Of a DNA stretch of 64,000 nucleotides, positions 1-9,542 are shown piece by piece. The notes under the pieces were generated by a model, which searched no databases, had not been told where the DNA came from, and saw only the letters and a list, made by a program, of their open reading frames with translations. The DNA lies in the sequence record MW749006.1. One strand, 5' to 3'. Made by a program: the position numbers and the translations under genes. Each line of letters starts with the position of its first letter. Within the stretch, counting starts at the first letter, position 1.

Positions 1-1
1 A

Positions 2-985
2 GACGGTGTTGGTGAATACTACACTCAACGTCCAACTGACATCATGCAAACAATCGAAGCTACTGAACGATATAACAGCTATCAGATGTCTGAGATGGAT
101 CAGTTCCAGTTAGCTGGTAGCACTATCTCTCCTTACAACAATAAGACTGTTGGTAGTTTAACTGATAACTCCGTTGGTTCCGAGTTCCTTAGTAAGACTT
201 TATCTTCAGGTATCTTAGCACATAAGAGTCGAGATATTGTAGTTGGTTCATTTGAAGTGAATGATCAGTCATCCACAGACACTATGTTACCAGAGCCTAG
301 TATCTCCGATAACCGATTCATTAAAGCGTTGTCAGTTGGTAAAGGTCAGATGGTAACAAGTCCATTGTTTACTTTCTCTCAACTACAACAGTTCGATAAC
401 ACCATCTACGATCGCTTTAAAGTAATTAACCTAACTAAGGAGTATGTTGATGTTAACATGTTGAACACTCCAGAAGTTGGTGAGTACTGGAAAGGTCAAG
501 ATCCTGTTACAGTTAAAGCATATTCTCTATTAGAGAGTTCTGTAGCCATGGCTGTTAAATATGGTTTCAGTAAGCTTTACTTTGTAGCTAGTAACATGAT
601 GAATCCTTCAGCAGGAATGACTGTATATATTACATACTTCCAGAGTTTCATGAAGATTGATGATGCTGGTTTTAACTCTCTGTTAGAGATATTCAAAGAG
701 AAGTTCTCCACAGATATCTTTATGGCAGAAACCTCCGCTGGTCGTATACCTTTACATATGGAATGTTACGTAGACTTACTGGGAACTAGTAAAGTTCTTC
801 TAGAGTACGCAGGATATCCATCTACCTGGTATACTGTACCTACAACAGCTAACAGCGCTTTCTCTAGCGTAGTAACTCCTGATGGTAATGCGTTAAGTAC
901 TCTAGCAGATAACTTCGGTGCACTAACACAAGCATTAACCACAAGACCTGATGGTCAACAAAACTTTGATCCTTACAACTACTAG
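2..985 (+). CDS. 5'-truncated conserved chimallivirus protein, probable PicA/Imp1 (phiKZ gp69-like) nuclear import factor
   Basis: The frame is open from base 2 (DGVGEYYTQRPTDI-M...), so the gene starts outside the window. It lies two core genes upstream of nvRNAP beta, the position of gp69/PicA in phiKZ-like phages. Assignment is by synteny only. Confidence 0.5.
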   Translation, partial: DGVGEYYTQRPTDIMQTIEATERYNSYQMSEMDQFQLAGSTISPYNNKTVGSLTDNSVGSEFLSKTLSSGILAHKSRDIVVGSFEVNDQSSTDTMLPEPSISDNRFIKALSVGKGQMVTSPLFTFSQLQQFDNTIYDRFKVINLTKEYVDVNMLNTPEVGEYWKGQDPVTVKAYSLLESSVAMAVKYGFSKLYFVASNMMNPSAGMTVYITYFQSFMKIDDAGFNSLLEIFKEKFSTDIFMAETSAGRIPLHMECYVDLLGTSKVLLEYAGYPSTWYTVPTTANSAFSSVVTPDGNALSTLADNFGALTQALTTRPDGQQNFDPYNY

Positions 986-994
986 GAGTAATTC

Positions 995-2446
995 ATGTCA
1001 CAACTAAACCCTACGATGGACAGATTCTACCTGTCTATCTTAGACTACGCTGGGTTAGAATACACAGAAGCTGTTATTCAACCCAAGTCTAAACAAATGA
1101 ACCCAATCACTGTAAATGGTAAACCTCTCACCTTACCTTACTTTGATAATCTAAAAGACCCAGGTGAACGTACGGTACTTCATCTACTCAACGAAAACTA
1201 CATCAAACCAGAAACAGCAGTGTTTGATCTATATAAGCGTACACTAACTCTAGAGCTAAACTTAAAGTTAAGTCACTTAGTAGTTACTCTTATAAACGTA
1301 GCTTCAGATCCATCTATCCAAGCTAAAGCTAAGTCAGGTGAACTAGTTGACTTGATTGGTTCGTTAGGTGATCTAGATGTCAGCGTCATTGAAGGTTTTA
1401 CTAACCTATTCAAAGCAGCTAAGAAAGAGAAAGATGAAGGTTTCCTGTTTGACTTCCATCTAAAGAAGAATGGATCTATCGGTGATACTCCATATGCAGC
1501 TATCGGTAAGGTTAACTTCCATAGCTACAACGAGATGCAACGTGCGCTAGAAGACCGTTCACTTGAATATAAGGTATACGGTACTAAGCTACGTAAGAAA
1601 GATCTAGTAGCACTCACAAACCTCTTCGCTGTGATCTTCCCTGAAGTGCAATCAGAAGAAAGTCTAGTAGAAGGTACTGACAACAAGATATTCCGTTACT
1701 TGAATATCTTACTCAAGACTTCTTACTTAGTAGCTAGTCGCATCAATGATCTAGCTAAACTGCTGGAAGAATTAAAAGAACCTAGTCTGAACGTTGAATC
1801 TCTAGTGAGTGATCTTAGTTGGTCAGGTGAATTGGAAGAACTGTACGGTATGGCTGATGCTATCCGACTGATTCCTAGTCAAACAGACGTACGTGGCGAA
1901 GCTTCTAATAAGTTACGTGTTAATGAGTCTAAAGCAACAGTAGCACCACAGACTCAACAACAAGCACCTCAGCCACAACAACCACCTACATTCCAACCAC
2001 CACCACAACAAGCTCCTCAATCAGTAGCACAACAACAAGCTCCTCAATCAACTACACCACCTTCTGCTGAAGATATCATTCGTGGATTAGCCACACAACA
2101 ACAGATGAATCCTTGGCAGCAACAACAGATGATGAGTCAACAACCTATGATGCCTCCACAGCAACAAGTCCACTTACCTATGTGGGCGCAACAAGAACTA
2201 ATGAAACAACAACCACAGATGCAACAACAGATGCAACCTCAACAATGGCAACAACCGCATCAGTATCCACAACAACAACAGTGGCAACAACCTCAGATGC
2301 AACCACAGATGCAACCTCAACAATGGCAACAACCACATCAGTACCCTCCACAGATGCAACTACAGATGCCTGTAGTTGCTCCATGGGAAACCCAACCACA
2401 ACAATCAGGATTACAAGTTAATCCAATGTTCATGCAACGTTACTAA
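995..2446 (+). CDS. phiKZ gp70-like core protein with Q/P-rich low-complexity C-terminus
   Basis: 483-aa ORF with AGGAG RBS. Syntenic position between the PicA-like gene and RNAP beta. The C-terminal ~170 aa are Q/P/M/W-rich. Confidence 0.55.
   Translation: MSQLNPTMDRFYLSILDYAGLEYTEAVIQPKSKQMNPITVNGKPLTLPYFDNLKDPGERTVLHLLNENYIKPETAVFDLYKRTLTLELNLKLSHLVVTLINVASDPSIQAKAKSGELVDLIGSLGDLDVSVIEGFTNLFKAAKKEKDEGFLFDFHLKKNGSIGDTPYAAIGKVNFHSYNEMQRALEDRSLEYKVYGTKLRKKDLVALTNLFAVIFPEVQSEESLVEGTDNKIFRYLNILLKTSYLVASRINDLAKLLEELKEPSLNVESLVSDLSWSGELEELYGMADAIRLIPSQTDVRGEASNKLRVNESKATVAPQTQQQAPQPQQPPTFQPPPQQAPQSVAQQQAPQSTTPPSAEDIIRGLATQQQMNPWQQQQMMSQQPMMPPQQQVHLPMWAQQELMKQQPQMQQQMQPQQWQQPHQYPQQQQWQQPQMQPQMQPQQWQQPHQYPPQMQLQMPVVAPWETQPQQSGLQVNPMFMQRY
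2228..2347 (+). repeat. Two ~42-nt direct repeats (78-nt period) encoding QMQPQQWQQPHQYP
   Basis: cagatgcaacctcaacaatggcaacaacc(g/a)catcagta at 2228 and 2306. Confidence 0.9.
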
Positions 2447-2461
2447 CCAGTAACAAAGAGT

Positions 2462-2503
2462 AGAGTCCCCTAGGCATATAGCCTAGGGAACTCTTTTTTC
2501 TTT
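2462..2503 (+). terminator. Intrinsic terminator, possibly bidirectional between convergent genes
   Basis: agagtcccctaggc-atata-gcctagggaactct hairpin followed by a T-tract. Confidence 0.8.
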
Positions 2504-2505
2504 AG

Positions 2506-2802
2506 TTAAGATGCTGGTATCTTAGGTTTGATCGCTATTCTAAAATCATATTTCTCCCCATTATACTGATGAGGATGAGTATAACCATTTAGATACATAG
2601 TGTAAACATACAAGTCTGGTGCTATACCCATCATCTTAAACAACGAGAACAAATCTCCCTGATGTTTATAACACTCGTCCGGAGACACTACCTGAGTTTC
2701 AAACTTATACGTATTGTTAATGAAGTCTAGATAGAGTAAATTGTTATTTAACACAACCTCATCTTTGAAACTATAATCACTATTCTGAAGGTTCTTAAGC
2801 AT
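2506..2802 (-). CDS. Small protein, possibly LysM/T4 gp53-like baseplate-type
   Basis: 98-aa ORF. The YKHQGDLFSLF..MGI..DLYVYTMYLNG...P..Y pattern resembles gp53/tail-X-like domains (recollection only). Confidence 0.35.
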   Translation of the reverse strand: MLKNLQNSDYSFKDEVVLNNNLLYLDFINNTYKFETQVVSPDECYKHQGDLFSLFKMMGIAPDLYVYTMYLNGYTHPHQYNGEKYDFRIAIKPKIPAS

Positions 2803-2857
2803 TTTGTAACCCCTTATCTAATCAACAGATTAGAGTAGTCACTGAACAACCTATAGG

Positions 2858-2870
2858 TACATATATAGTA
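2858..2870 (+). promoter_or_regulatory. Phage promoter motif copy 1 (tacatatatagta)
   Basis: Intergenic motif upstream of the GIY-YIG gene; recurs 11 times; resembles the phiKZ early TATATTAC promoter. Confidence 0.65.
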
Positions 2871-2925
2871 AGTATGACAGTGTAGTATTAACACTATTAT
2901 TACTTAGCTATAGGAAACTAAAACA

Positions 2926-3756
2926 ATGGAAGAAGAAGTACAGAAACCATTACCAACTAAAAGTCAATTAGAAAGTAGACCTATTGTTCCTGTAAACCTT
3001 AGAGACTTTAAATCTAAGATAGGAGCTTACACAATAAAACATTACCCTAGTGGTAAAGTTTATCACGGTTCTACTAACAATATATATAGTAGGTATCAAA
3101 GACACGGTTCCCATCTTAGAACACAAACTCATAACAATAAAGCTTTCATGGACTTAATGAATGAAAACCCTTTAGCTTACATTGAATTCTTCCCCACAGA
3201 TACTCGCGAAGAAGCTTACGATGTGGAACAGAAACTAATAGATCAAACTGATTCAGAACTATTACTTAACGCTTCATTAGACTCTAGAAGTACAACTAAA
3301 GGTTTGTGGATGCGCGACGAATATAGGGAAAAGTTTAGAGAAGGTATGTTAGGTAATACTCACGGTGCAGCTAACAAAGGAAGAGTTACTTCTGAAGAAA
3401 CTAAAGAGTTGATTAGACAGACTAAGTTAGGAACTAAACTTTCAGTTGAAGCTAGACGCAAAATGAGTAAGGCTAGGATAGGTAATCAAAACGCCAAGGG
3501 AGTTAAACATAGCACAGAAGCTAATCTTAGAAAAGCAGAAGCTATGAAAGGTAGAGTCCACAACGCAGAACATGTAGCTAAAGTTACTCTACATAAAGTT
3601 AAGAACCGGGTAAGTATTGATGGAGTTATTTACGATCACATACGTTTAGCAGCCGAAGCTATTGGAGTAGCGTACAACACAGTTAATAAACGCTGTCAGT
3701 CACCAGACTATCCTAATTACAAATTAGTACCAGTAGAGTTAGGTGTGGAAGTGTAA
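2926..3756 (+). CDS. GIY-YIG homing endonuclease with NUMOD3 repeats and C-terminal NUMOD1-like HTH
   Basis: GAYTIKH...KVYHGSTNNIYSRYQRH catalytic motif, EEAYDVEQKLI and LLN, NUMOD3-like GRVTSEETKELIR / SVEARRKMSKARIG / GVKHSTE. Confidence 0.9.
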   Translation: MEEEVQKPLPTKSQLESRPIVPVNLRDFKSKIGAYTIKHYPSGKVYHGSTNNIYSRYQRHGSHLRTQTHNNKAFMDLMNENPLAYIEFFPTDTREEAYDVEQKLIDQTDSELLLNASLDSRSTTKGLWMRDEYREKFREGMLGNTHGAANKGRVTSEETKELIRQTKLGTKLSVEARRKMSKARIGNQNAKGVKHSTEANLRKAEAMKGRVHNAEHVAKVTLHKVKNRVSIDGVIYDHIRLAAEAIGVAYNTVNKRCQSPDYPNYKLVPVELGVEV

Positions 3757-3772
3757 GGGAAACTATCACAGA

Positions 3773-3785
3773 CACATATATAGTA
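3773..3785 (+). promoter_or_regulatory. Phage promoter motif copy 2 (cacatatatagta)
   Basis: Intergenic, upstream of nvRNAP beta. Confidence 0.65.
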
Positions 3786-3846
3786 ACTACAACTAACGCG
3801 TGGTGTCTTACATCACGCTACTCTTACAAACAGACAGGAGTAACAC

Positions 3847-5934
3847 ATGACTACAAAGAGTAGTAATAAGAAAACAGAGATCCATATGGAGTTCCTAGGG
3901 ACGGCTGCAATCAACCCTTTTGTCGCTAACAACTCGAGTAGTCGTATGGTAATGGATTCTAGCCACTTTAGACAGACAGTGCCTTTAGTGTATCCAGATG
4001 AAATTACTATCAAAACTGGGATGTGTTATGAGCTCGGTAAGTACATTGATGATGTTCGTGTAGAAGATGATTCTGTTGTACGTGGTGCTGTGTCTAAGTA
4101 TCGTGAGATGAATCTAGAACATCCACCTGAGTACGCTTTACTAACTGAAATTGAACGCCACGGTGAACCTTTCTTAGACATCATTGAGATGCCTATGTAT
4201 AAAGCTTCTCATGGTTTCTTTGGTTATCAGTTAGAACCAACGCAAGAGTTCTCTGATATTGGTCACGCAAGTGTTCTGGCTAAGGATACTATCCTAGCTA
4301 AGACTACAAGCTTATCTGACTCTGGAGCTTATAAGTTTGGTGTTAGTGCTAACACAGTGTTCATGTCACACCCATCTGTAGCTGAAGATGGTTTTGTGGT
4401 ATCTCAATCGTTCTTAGATAAGACACAATTCACATCTATCACCACTCGCATCATTGATCTAGATAAGAAGTGTATGCCTCTTAATCTATACGGTAAGACT
4501 GGTGAGTTTAAGTTCATACCTGACATTGGAGAGAAGGTACGTCCAGATGGTTTGTTGTGTGCTACCCGGGAACGATACGATTGGTTATCTGTGTCTGACT
4601 TGAATGACGCTAACATCTCTGAACCAGACTACACTTTTGACTTGTTGACTTATGTTAACGTAGACTCAACTGTTATTGATATTGAAGTTATTAAGGGAGA
4701 ACACTTTAAACCTGAGTATCCTGAATCAATGCGAGTTCAGTTGGATAAGTATTATGACATGTTTATTAACTACTGTAGAAACGTAGTGAACAGTTATGAG
4801 AACATCCTTAAAGAGAAACGAGCTATGTATGGTAAGGACGATGCTATTCGTTTGACACCGCGTTTACATCGTTTCTTGACTGAGGCTAAGGTACATTTGT
4901 CTTTAGCTGATGGTGGGCGTAATAAACTGTCTTATCGTAGACAACAGATAGATCAGTATCGTGTCAAGGTAACTACTATGTCAGTGGTTCGTCCTAGTCA
5001 TGGTTTTAAAATCACTGATATTCACGCTAGTAAGGGTGTTAACTGTCACGTTTTGCCTGATGAGTTTATGCCTGTAGATGAGAATGGTGTTCGTGCTGAT
5101 GTGATTGCAGATAACACAAGTACCATCTCGCGTATGAACTTAGGTCGTGCTTATGAGAGTTACTTGGGGGCTTGTAGTCGAGATAACAGAACAAGATTGA
5201 TTAATTACTTTGTACCTAAATATGGTCAGAGTGTGGAAGCGGTGGATGATGCTGACTTAGAGTACTTTCGTAACTATGTTACGGGTATGTATGAGTTAAT
5301 CAATCCTGATATGGTTGAGTTCCTTAATGGATTAGACTCAGATGGATTAAGAGCACATTTACACTCAGTGTTGTTTGAGGACTTGTACTTGTACTTCCCT
5401 CCAGATAACGCTATTAACATTGTAGACGTGATTAGACGCTTAGAGGAAACTCCTTATAAACCACATCTTGGTAAAGTGAGTTACATGGATGACTTAGGTA
5501 ATTATGTAACTACAGATGAAAACATTCGAATGGGTAAGTTATACTTCTTAGTGTTAGAGAAGATAGCTAATGACTATTCAGCTGTGAGTAGTTCACGTGT
5601 GAATAACTTTGGTTTCCCTATCCGTACTAATAACCGTATAGATAAGTTTAAGTATCCACATAGCTTAGCACCAACTAAAACGTTGGGTGAGACTGAGGTT
5701 CGAATCATTACTAGTTATACTCCACCGGAGACTATAGCTGAGTTAGTGGATCAGAACTTGAGTTTGACTACACATAAACAAATCATTAAACAGATACTGG
5801 AGAGTGGTACAGCTTTTGATGGTAATCTACATCTAGATAGAACAGCTAATCCGTACGGTAACTCTAAGTCGTTAGCTGTACTGAAACACATGTTCAACGC
5901 TTCTGGATTTGACTTCACCAAGAGTAACGATTAA
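3847..5934 (+). CDS. rpoB: Non-virion RNA polymerase beta subunit, C-terminal part (phiKZ gp71-73-like)
   Basis: SSRMVMDSSHFRQ, EDGFVVS, GEKVRPDG, GFKITDIHASKGV (divergent GDKxxGRHGxKGV), SRMNLG, LGETE; uninterrupted 695 aa. Confidence 0.9.
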   Translation: MTTKSSNKKTEIHMEFLGTAAINPFVANNSSSRMVMDSSHFRQTVPLVYPDEITIKTGMCYELGKYIDDVRVEDDSVVRGAVSKYREMNLEHPPEYALLTEIERHGEPFLDIIEMPMYKASHGFFGYQLEPTQEFSDIGHASVLAKDTILAKTTSLSDSGAYKFGVSANTVFMSHPSVAEDGFVVSQSFLDKTQFTSITTRIIDLDKKCMPLNLYGKTGEFKFIPDIGEKVRPDGLLCATRERYDWLSVSDLNDANISEPDYTFDLLTYVNVDSTVIDIEVIKGEHFKPEYPESMRVQLDKYYDMFINYCRNVVNSYENILKEKRAMYGKDDAIRLTPRLHRFLTEAKVHLSLADGGRNKLSYRRQQIDQYRVKVTTMSVVRPSHGFKITDIHASKGVNCHVLPDEFMPVDENGVRADVIADNTSTISRMNLGRAYESYLGACSRDNRTRLINYFVPKYGQSVEAVDDADLEYFRNYVTGMYELINPDMVEFLNGLDSDGLRAHLHSVLFEDLYLYFPPDNAINIVDVIRRLEETPYKPHLGKVSYMDDLGNYVTTDENIRMGKLYFLVLEKIANDYSAVSSSRVNNFGFPIRTNNRIDKFKYPHSLAPTKTLGETEVRIITSYTPPETIAELVDQNLSLTTHKQIIKQILESGTAFDGNLHLDRTANPYGNSKSLAVLKHMFNASGFDFTKSND

Positions 5935-5938
5935 CAAC

Positions 5939-5967
5939 AACCTCCCTTACATAGAGGGAGGTGTTTT
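5939..5967 (+). terminator. Hairpin between RNAP genes
   Basis: acctccct-tacat-agagggaggt followed by gtttt. Confidence 0.55.
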
Positions 5968-5985
5968 AACTGGAGGTAATGTTAA

Positions 5986-7926
5986 GTGGATCTAAACGCT
6001 AGAGAGATATTCAATCAACCAAGACAGATGGTCTGGGATATACCTGATGGTTTACATGAGGTTATGTACGAAGATGGTATAGTGAACACTGAGAACAAGA
6101 AAGACTTAGTGTTGAATCGTTATGCTTGGGAGATCATGCAGTTGTATCCTAACACTCCTATAGATAGCGTGTGGAGTGTGAGTGCTATTGTGGGTGAGGG
6201 TAACTTTGACTCTAACACTGTACCTAAGTTATTGGAAGCTATCTTTAAGCAAGTGTGTGTTCATAATAACATTCATTTCTATAAAGATAAAGAACCGTTA
6301 CTTCGGTTAGCTTACCAGACAAGCAATTGGATCTTTAATGAAGTAGTACATCGTATCTCTAGTAGTGTAACAACTATTGACGCGGTTGACTTCATTAACT
6401 TAGTTAACGATAAAGAGATTAAACAAATACATAAAGACTTAGAACCTTCTATACGTTCAGTGGAGAGTACGTACTTAGGTATCCGTAACTTTATTAAAGC
6501 AAGTCCTGTAACTAACAGACTAGCAGCAGCCTATAAGTCTAAGGCTGTTAACGATAACCAAGCTAACCAGTGTATAGGTCCGCGTGGGTTTGTTACTGAC
6601 TTAGATAGAACGGTGTTTAGACAACCTATCTTGAATGGTTATATTCGTGGTATGGGTGATCTGTTTGAGTTGTTAGCAGAGTCTCGTACAGCTGCTAAGT
6701 CACTGAACGCACAAGAGAGTCACGTACGTATTTCTGAGTATGCTTCTCGTCGAGTACAATTATTGACTATGACTGTAGCTGAGACAGAACCAGGTGACTG
6801 TGGTAGTACAGAGTACATGGACATGTTAATGACTCCTAAACGACTACGTAATATGATTGGAATCTATTATATAGATCCTGATAGTAACTCTTTACGTTAT
6901 CTGGATGGAACTGAAGAACATCTATCTGAACAAATCATTAAGATACGTACTCCGTTTGGGTGTAAACATCTCGTTGAGACTAAAGTGTGTTCAGTGTGTT
7001 TAGGTAAGATCTCTGAGAATCTTAAAGAGAACTCAAACTTAGGTTACACGATGACTTCATTCTTGATGGAGAAACTAACACAATCTATTTTGTCTACTAA
7101 ACACTTGATCAGGTCTGTTCGTAAGACAATGATTCAGCTGGAAGGTATGGCAGTAAAGTACTTTAATATTAAGAATGGAGATGAATACTATCTAAATAAG
7201 AACTTAGACTTAACCCACTTAGATATAATCCTACCCGGTAACCGTATGGGTAGACTAACAGATATACTTAGCTTACAACACACCAACGTTTCTTTAACTA
7301 GAGCAGGTGAGTTAGACGCTATTAGTATACGTGATAATAGTAAGAAAACAACCTTCACTGAGTCTGTTAGTATATCATATCGAGATCGTGAATCTGTTAT
7401 AACTAAAGAGTTCTTGGACTACATTAAGAAGACTACGTTTGAAACAGATGCTCGTGGTAATTTCATTATTCCTCTAGCTGGATATGATAAAAGAGAACCT
7501 ATCTTTGTTACACCGTTGAAAGAAGATAACGTACTTGCTTTTGTTAATAAGATTGCAGATGTTATTGAGAAGACTAAGACTCTGAAAGGTAAACCTGTTT
7601 GTCCTTATGACAAATATGTAGAGTTGTTTGATATGGTCTTAGAACGATTTGAGTGTAACTTAACTGTAGTTGGTGTAATGATTTATGCTATTACAGCTAA
7701 GAATGCTCTTGACGGTGACTTTAGTCTAGGTAGAAACTCTGTTAACAGTTCTTGTGTTGACGCAGCTACATTGTTTAGAAGTCGTAGTGTCAGTCAGTTG
7801 CTGGTATATGAACGACAAACTCCAGAACTCATCAAGAAACCAATCGGTCTCTTCAATGCTGGTAAACGAACGGATCATCCTTTTGATGTCCTATTCATAC
7901 CTAATGAGATGCTGGGTACATCATAA
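5986..7926 (+). CDS. rpoC: Non-virion RNA polymerase beta' subunit, C-terminal part (phiKZ gp74-like)
   Basis: QCIGPRGFVTD, ESRTAAKSL...SEYASRR (bridge-helix region), GDCGS, IRTPFGC...VCSVCLG Zn motif, QSILSTKH. Confidence 0.88.
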   Translation: MDLNAREIFNQPRQMVWDIPDGLHEVMYEDGIVNTENKKDLVLNRYAWEIMQLYPNTPIDSVWSVSAIVGEGNFDSNTVPKLLEAIFKQVCVHNNIHFYKDKEPLLRLAYQTSNWIFNEVVHRISSSVTTIDAVDFINLVNDKEIKQIHKDLEPSIRSVESTYLGIRNFIKASPVTNRLAAAYKSKAVNDNQANQCIGPRGFVTDLDRTVFRQPILNGYIRGMGDLFELLAESRTAAKSLNAQESHVRISEYASRRVQLLTMTVAETEPGDCGSTEYMDMLMTPKRLRNMIGIYYIDPDSNSLRYLDGTEEHLSEQIIKIRTPFGCKHLVETKVCSVCLGKISENLKENSNLGYTMTSFLMEKLTQSILSTKHLIRSVRKTMIQLEGMAVKYFNIKNGDEYYLNKNLDLTHLDIILPGNRMGRLTDILSLQHTNVSLTRAGELDAISIRDNSKKTTFTESVSISYRDRESVITKEFLDYIKKTTFETDARGNFIIPLAGYDKREPIFVTPLKEDNVLAFVNKIADVIEKTKTLKGKPVCPYDKYVELFDMVLERFECNLTVVGVMIYAITAKNALDGDFSLGRNSVNSSCVDAATLFRSRSVSQLLVYERQTPELIKKPIGLFNAGKRTDHPFDVLFIPNEMLGTS

Positions 7927-7935
7927 CAAACAGAT

Positions 7936-7962
7936 AGAGTACCTTCGGGTACTCTTTTCTTT
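7936..7962 (+). terminator. Intrinsic terminator with UUCG loop
   Basis: agagtacc-ttcg-ggtactct-tttcttt. Confidence 0.85.
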
Positions 7963-7978
7963 CACAGGAGATACTAAC

Positions 7979-9499
7979 GTGTCTGTTAAACTACTCAAGT
8001 TTAATCTGTCGGTCTGTTTAGAGGTAAAAGATCCTAGATTAACACGGATGGTTAGTGACTTCTTAGATAAGTTCTATACCTCCAAACAACAAGGTTTTGG
8101 TGCTAATCAAGATACAGACGACAAGATGTTTGCTAGTCGTGTGAAAAACTCTGGAGTCTTCTTTTTACACAACAGACAGTTTGCTCATCTATATCACTAT
8201 TTGAAAGAACAAGGTATTACTTTAGTTGCTGAAGAGGTAGAAGATTACAGAGATTACATAGTAAAGAAGACTAAATACAAAGTAAGAGAAGGTTGGAAGC
8301 TACGTGATGCTCAAGTGCCAGTCTCTGAGTTCCTGTTAGACGATCCTAGTGGTTCTAAACTAGTACCCCTTGCAACTGGGTCAGGTAAGACAGCTACAGC
8401 TCTAATCACACTAGGAGCTCTCAAGAAACGATTTGCTATTATCATCCTACCGTTCTTAATGGATAAGTGGGTATTAGATATAGTAGAGATTCACGAAGCT
8501 AATACTGAAGATGTTCTGTTAGTTCAAGGTTTCAAAGCTTTAGCTACTCTTATAGATATGGCAAAAGAAGGAGATGTTAACTGTGATTACTTTCTAATCA
8601 GTAATAGAACTATGCAGGATTTCATTAAAGCATATGAAGCTGATCCAGAAGGTTGTATAGAGATCTACGGTTGTAGTCCTATTGAATTGTTTCCGTTGTT
8701 AGGTATTGGTGTTCTTCTGATTGATGAAGTTCACATGTCCTTTCATAGTGTCTTTAAGACTCTAATACATACTAACGTAGAGTTCCAAATAGGACTCTCA
8801 GCTACCTTACTATCAGAAGACCCGTTAGTAACAAGGATACACAACGTAGTATATAAGAAAGAAAATGTGTATGGCGATAGGATGATACAGAAGTATGCTG
8901 ACGTTTATCCTATTACGTATAACATCCAAGAAGATAAGATGCGTTTCATTAAGACAGCTAACTATGGTTCTAAGAACTATTCACATATAGCCTATGAACA
9001 AAGCATCATGAAAAACCACAGTCTATTACAATCCTACTTTAAACTCATAGAGTCTGTAGCTGAAGATTATTTTAATCAATTCTATATGGAAAACGATAAG
9101 TTAATTATCTTCGTATCTACAATTAAATTTGCTACCATATTAACTGAGAGAATGGAACAATTCTTTCCTAAGTTATTGGTATCACGTTACTGTGAGAAAG
9201 ATCTTTACGATGAGATGATTAAAGCTGATGTGATTGTAACTACAGTTTTGTCAGCAGGTACTGGTTTGGATATACCTAACCTACGTGTTGGTATACAGAC
9301 AGTTTGTATTTCATCTACTGTAATGAACATCCAGAGTCTTGGACGTTTGCGTAAGCTTAAAGACAGAGATGTTAAGTTCTGCTATCTATACACTAACAAC
9401 ATACCTAAACAGTATCAGTACCATCGTAAACGTATGGAGATATTTGCTGATCGAGTTGCTACTATTACACAAAGACGTAGTAGAGTTGATCTACGCTAG
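7979..9499 (+). CDS. SF2 DEAD/UvsW-like helicase (phiKZ gp75-like)
   Basis: LATGSGKT Walker A, LIDEVH, GLSAT, SAGTGLDIP, QSLGRLR. Start reassigned to GTG 7979 (AGGAG RBS, after the terminator). Confidence 0.9.
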   Translation: MSVKLLKFNLSVCLEVKDPRLTRMVSDFLDKFYTSKQQGFGANQDTDDKMFASRVKNSGVFFLHNRQFAHLYHYLKEQGITLVAEEVEDYRDYIVKKTKYKVREGWKLRDAQVPVSEFLLDDPSGSKLVPLATGSGKTATALITLGALKKRFAIIILPFLMDKWVLDIVEIHEANTEDVLLVQGFKALATLIDMAKEGDVNCDYFLISNRTMQDFIKAYEADPEGCIEIYGCSPIELFPLLGIGVLLIDEVHMSFHSVFKTLIHTNVEFQIGLSATLLSEDPLVTRIHNVVYKKENVYGDRMIQKYADVYPITYNIQEDKMRFIKTANYGSKNYSHIAYEQSIMKNHSLLQSYFKLIESVAEDYFNQFYMENDKLIIFVSTIKFATILTERMEQFFPKLLVSRYCEKDLYDEMIKADVIVTTVLSAGTGLDIPNLRVGIQTVCISSTVMNIQSLGRLRKLKDRDVKFCYLYTNNIPKQYQYHRKRMEIFADRVATITQRRSRVDLR

Positions 9500-9525
9500 G
9501 GGTAACTCCCTAGCTTTCTTTTTTT
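9495..9525 (+). terminator. Intrinsic terminator
   Basis: gctagggg-taac-tccctagc followed by a T-tract. Confidence 0.7.
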
Positions 9526-9542
9526 CTTGGATGAGTTTGAGT

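Noticed and set aside
2113-2421. Alternative-frame T/A-rich and antisense V/A-rich ORFs (2113-2421, 2178-2399)
   Set aside because: Shadow ORFs produced by the CAA/CAG codon repeats of the Q-rich tail
2926-3846. Group I intron hosting the GIY-YIG gene
   Set aside because: The downstream RNAP ORF has its own promoter, RBS and apparently complete N-terminus; no upstream exon or P-element structure was recognised
7754-7978. N-terminal 75 aa of the helicase ORF
   Set aside because: Overlaps the beta' C-terminus and spans a terminator; a good RBS and GTG lie at 7979
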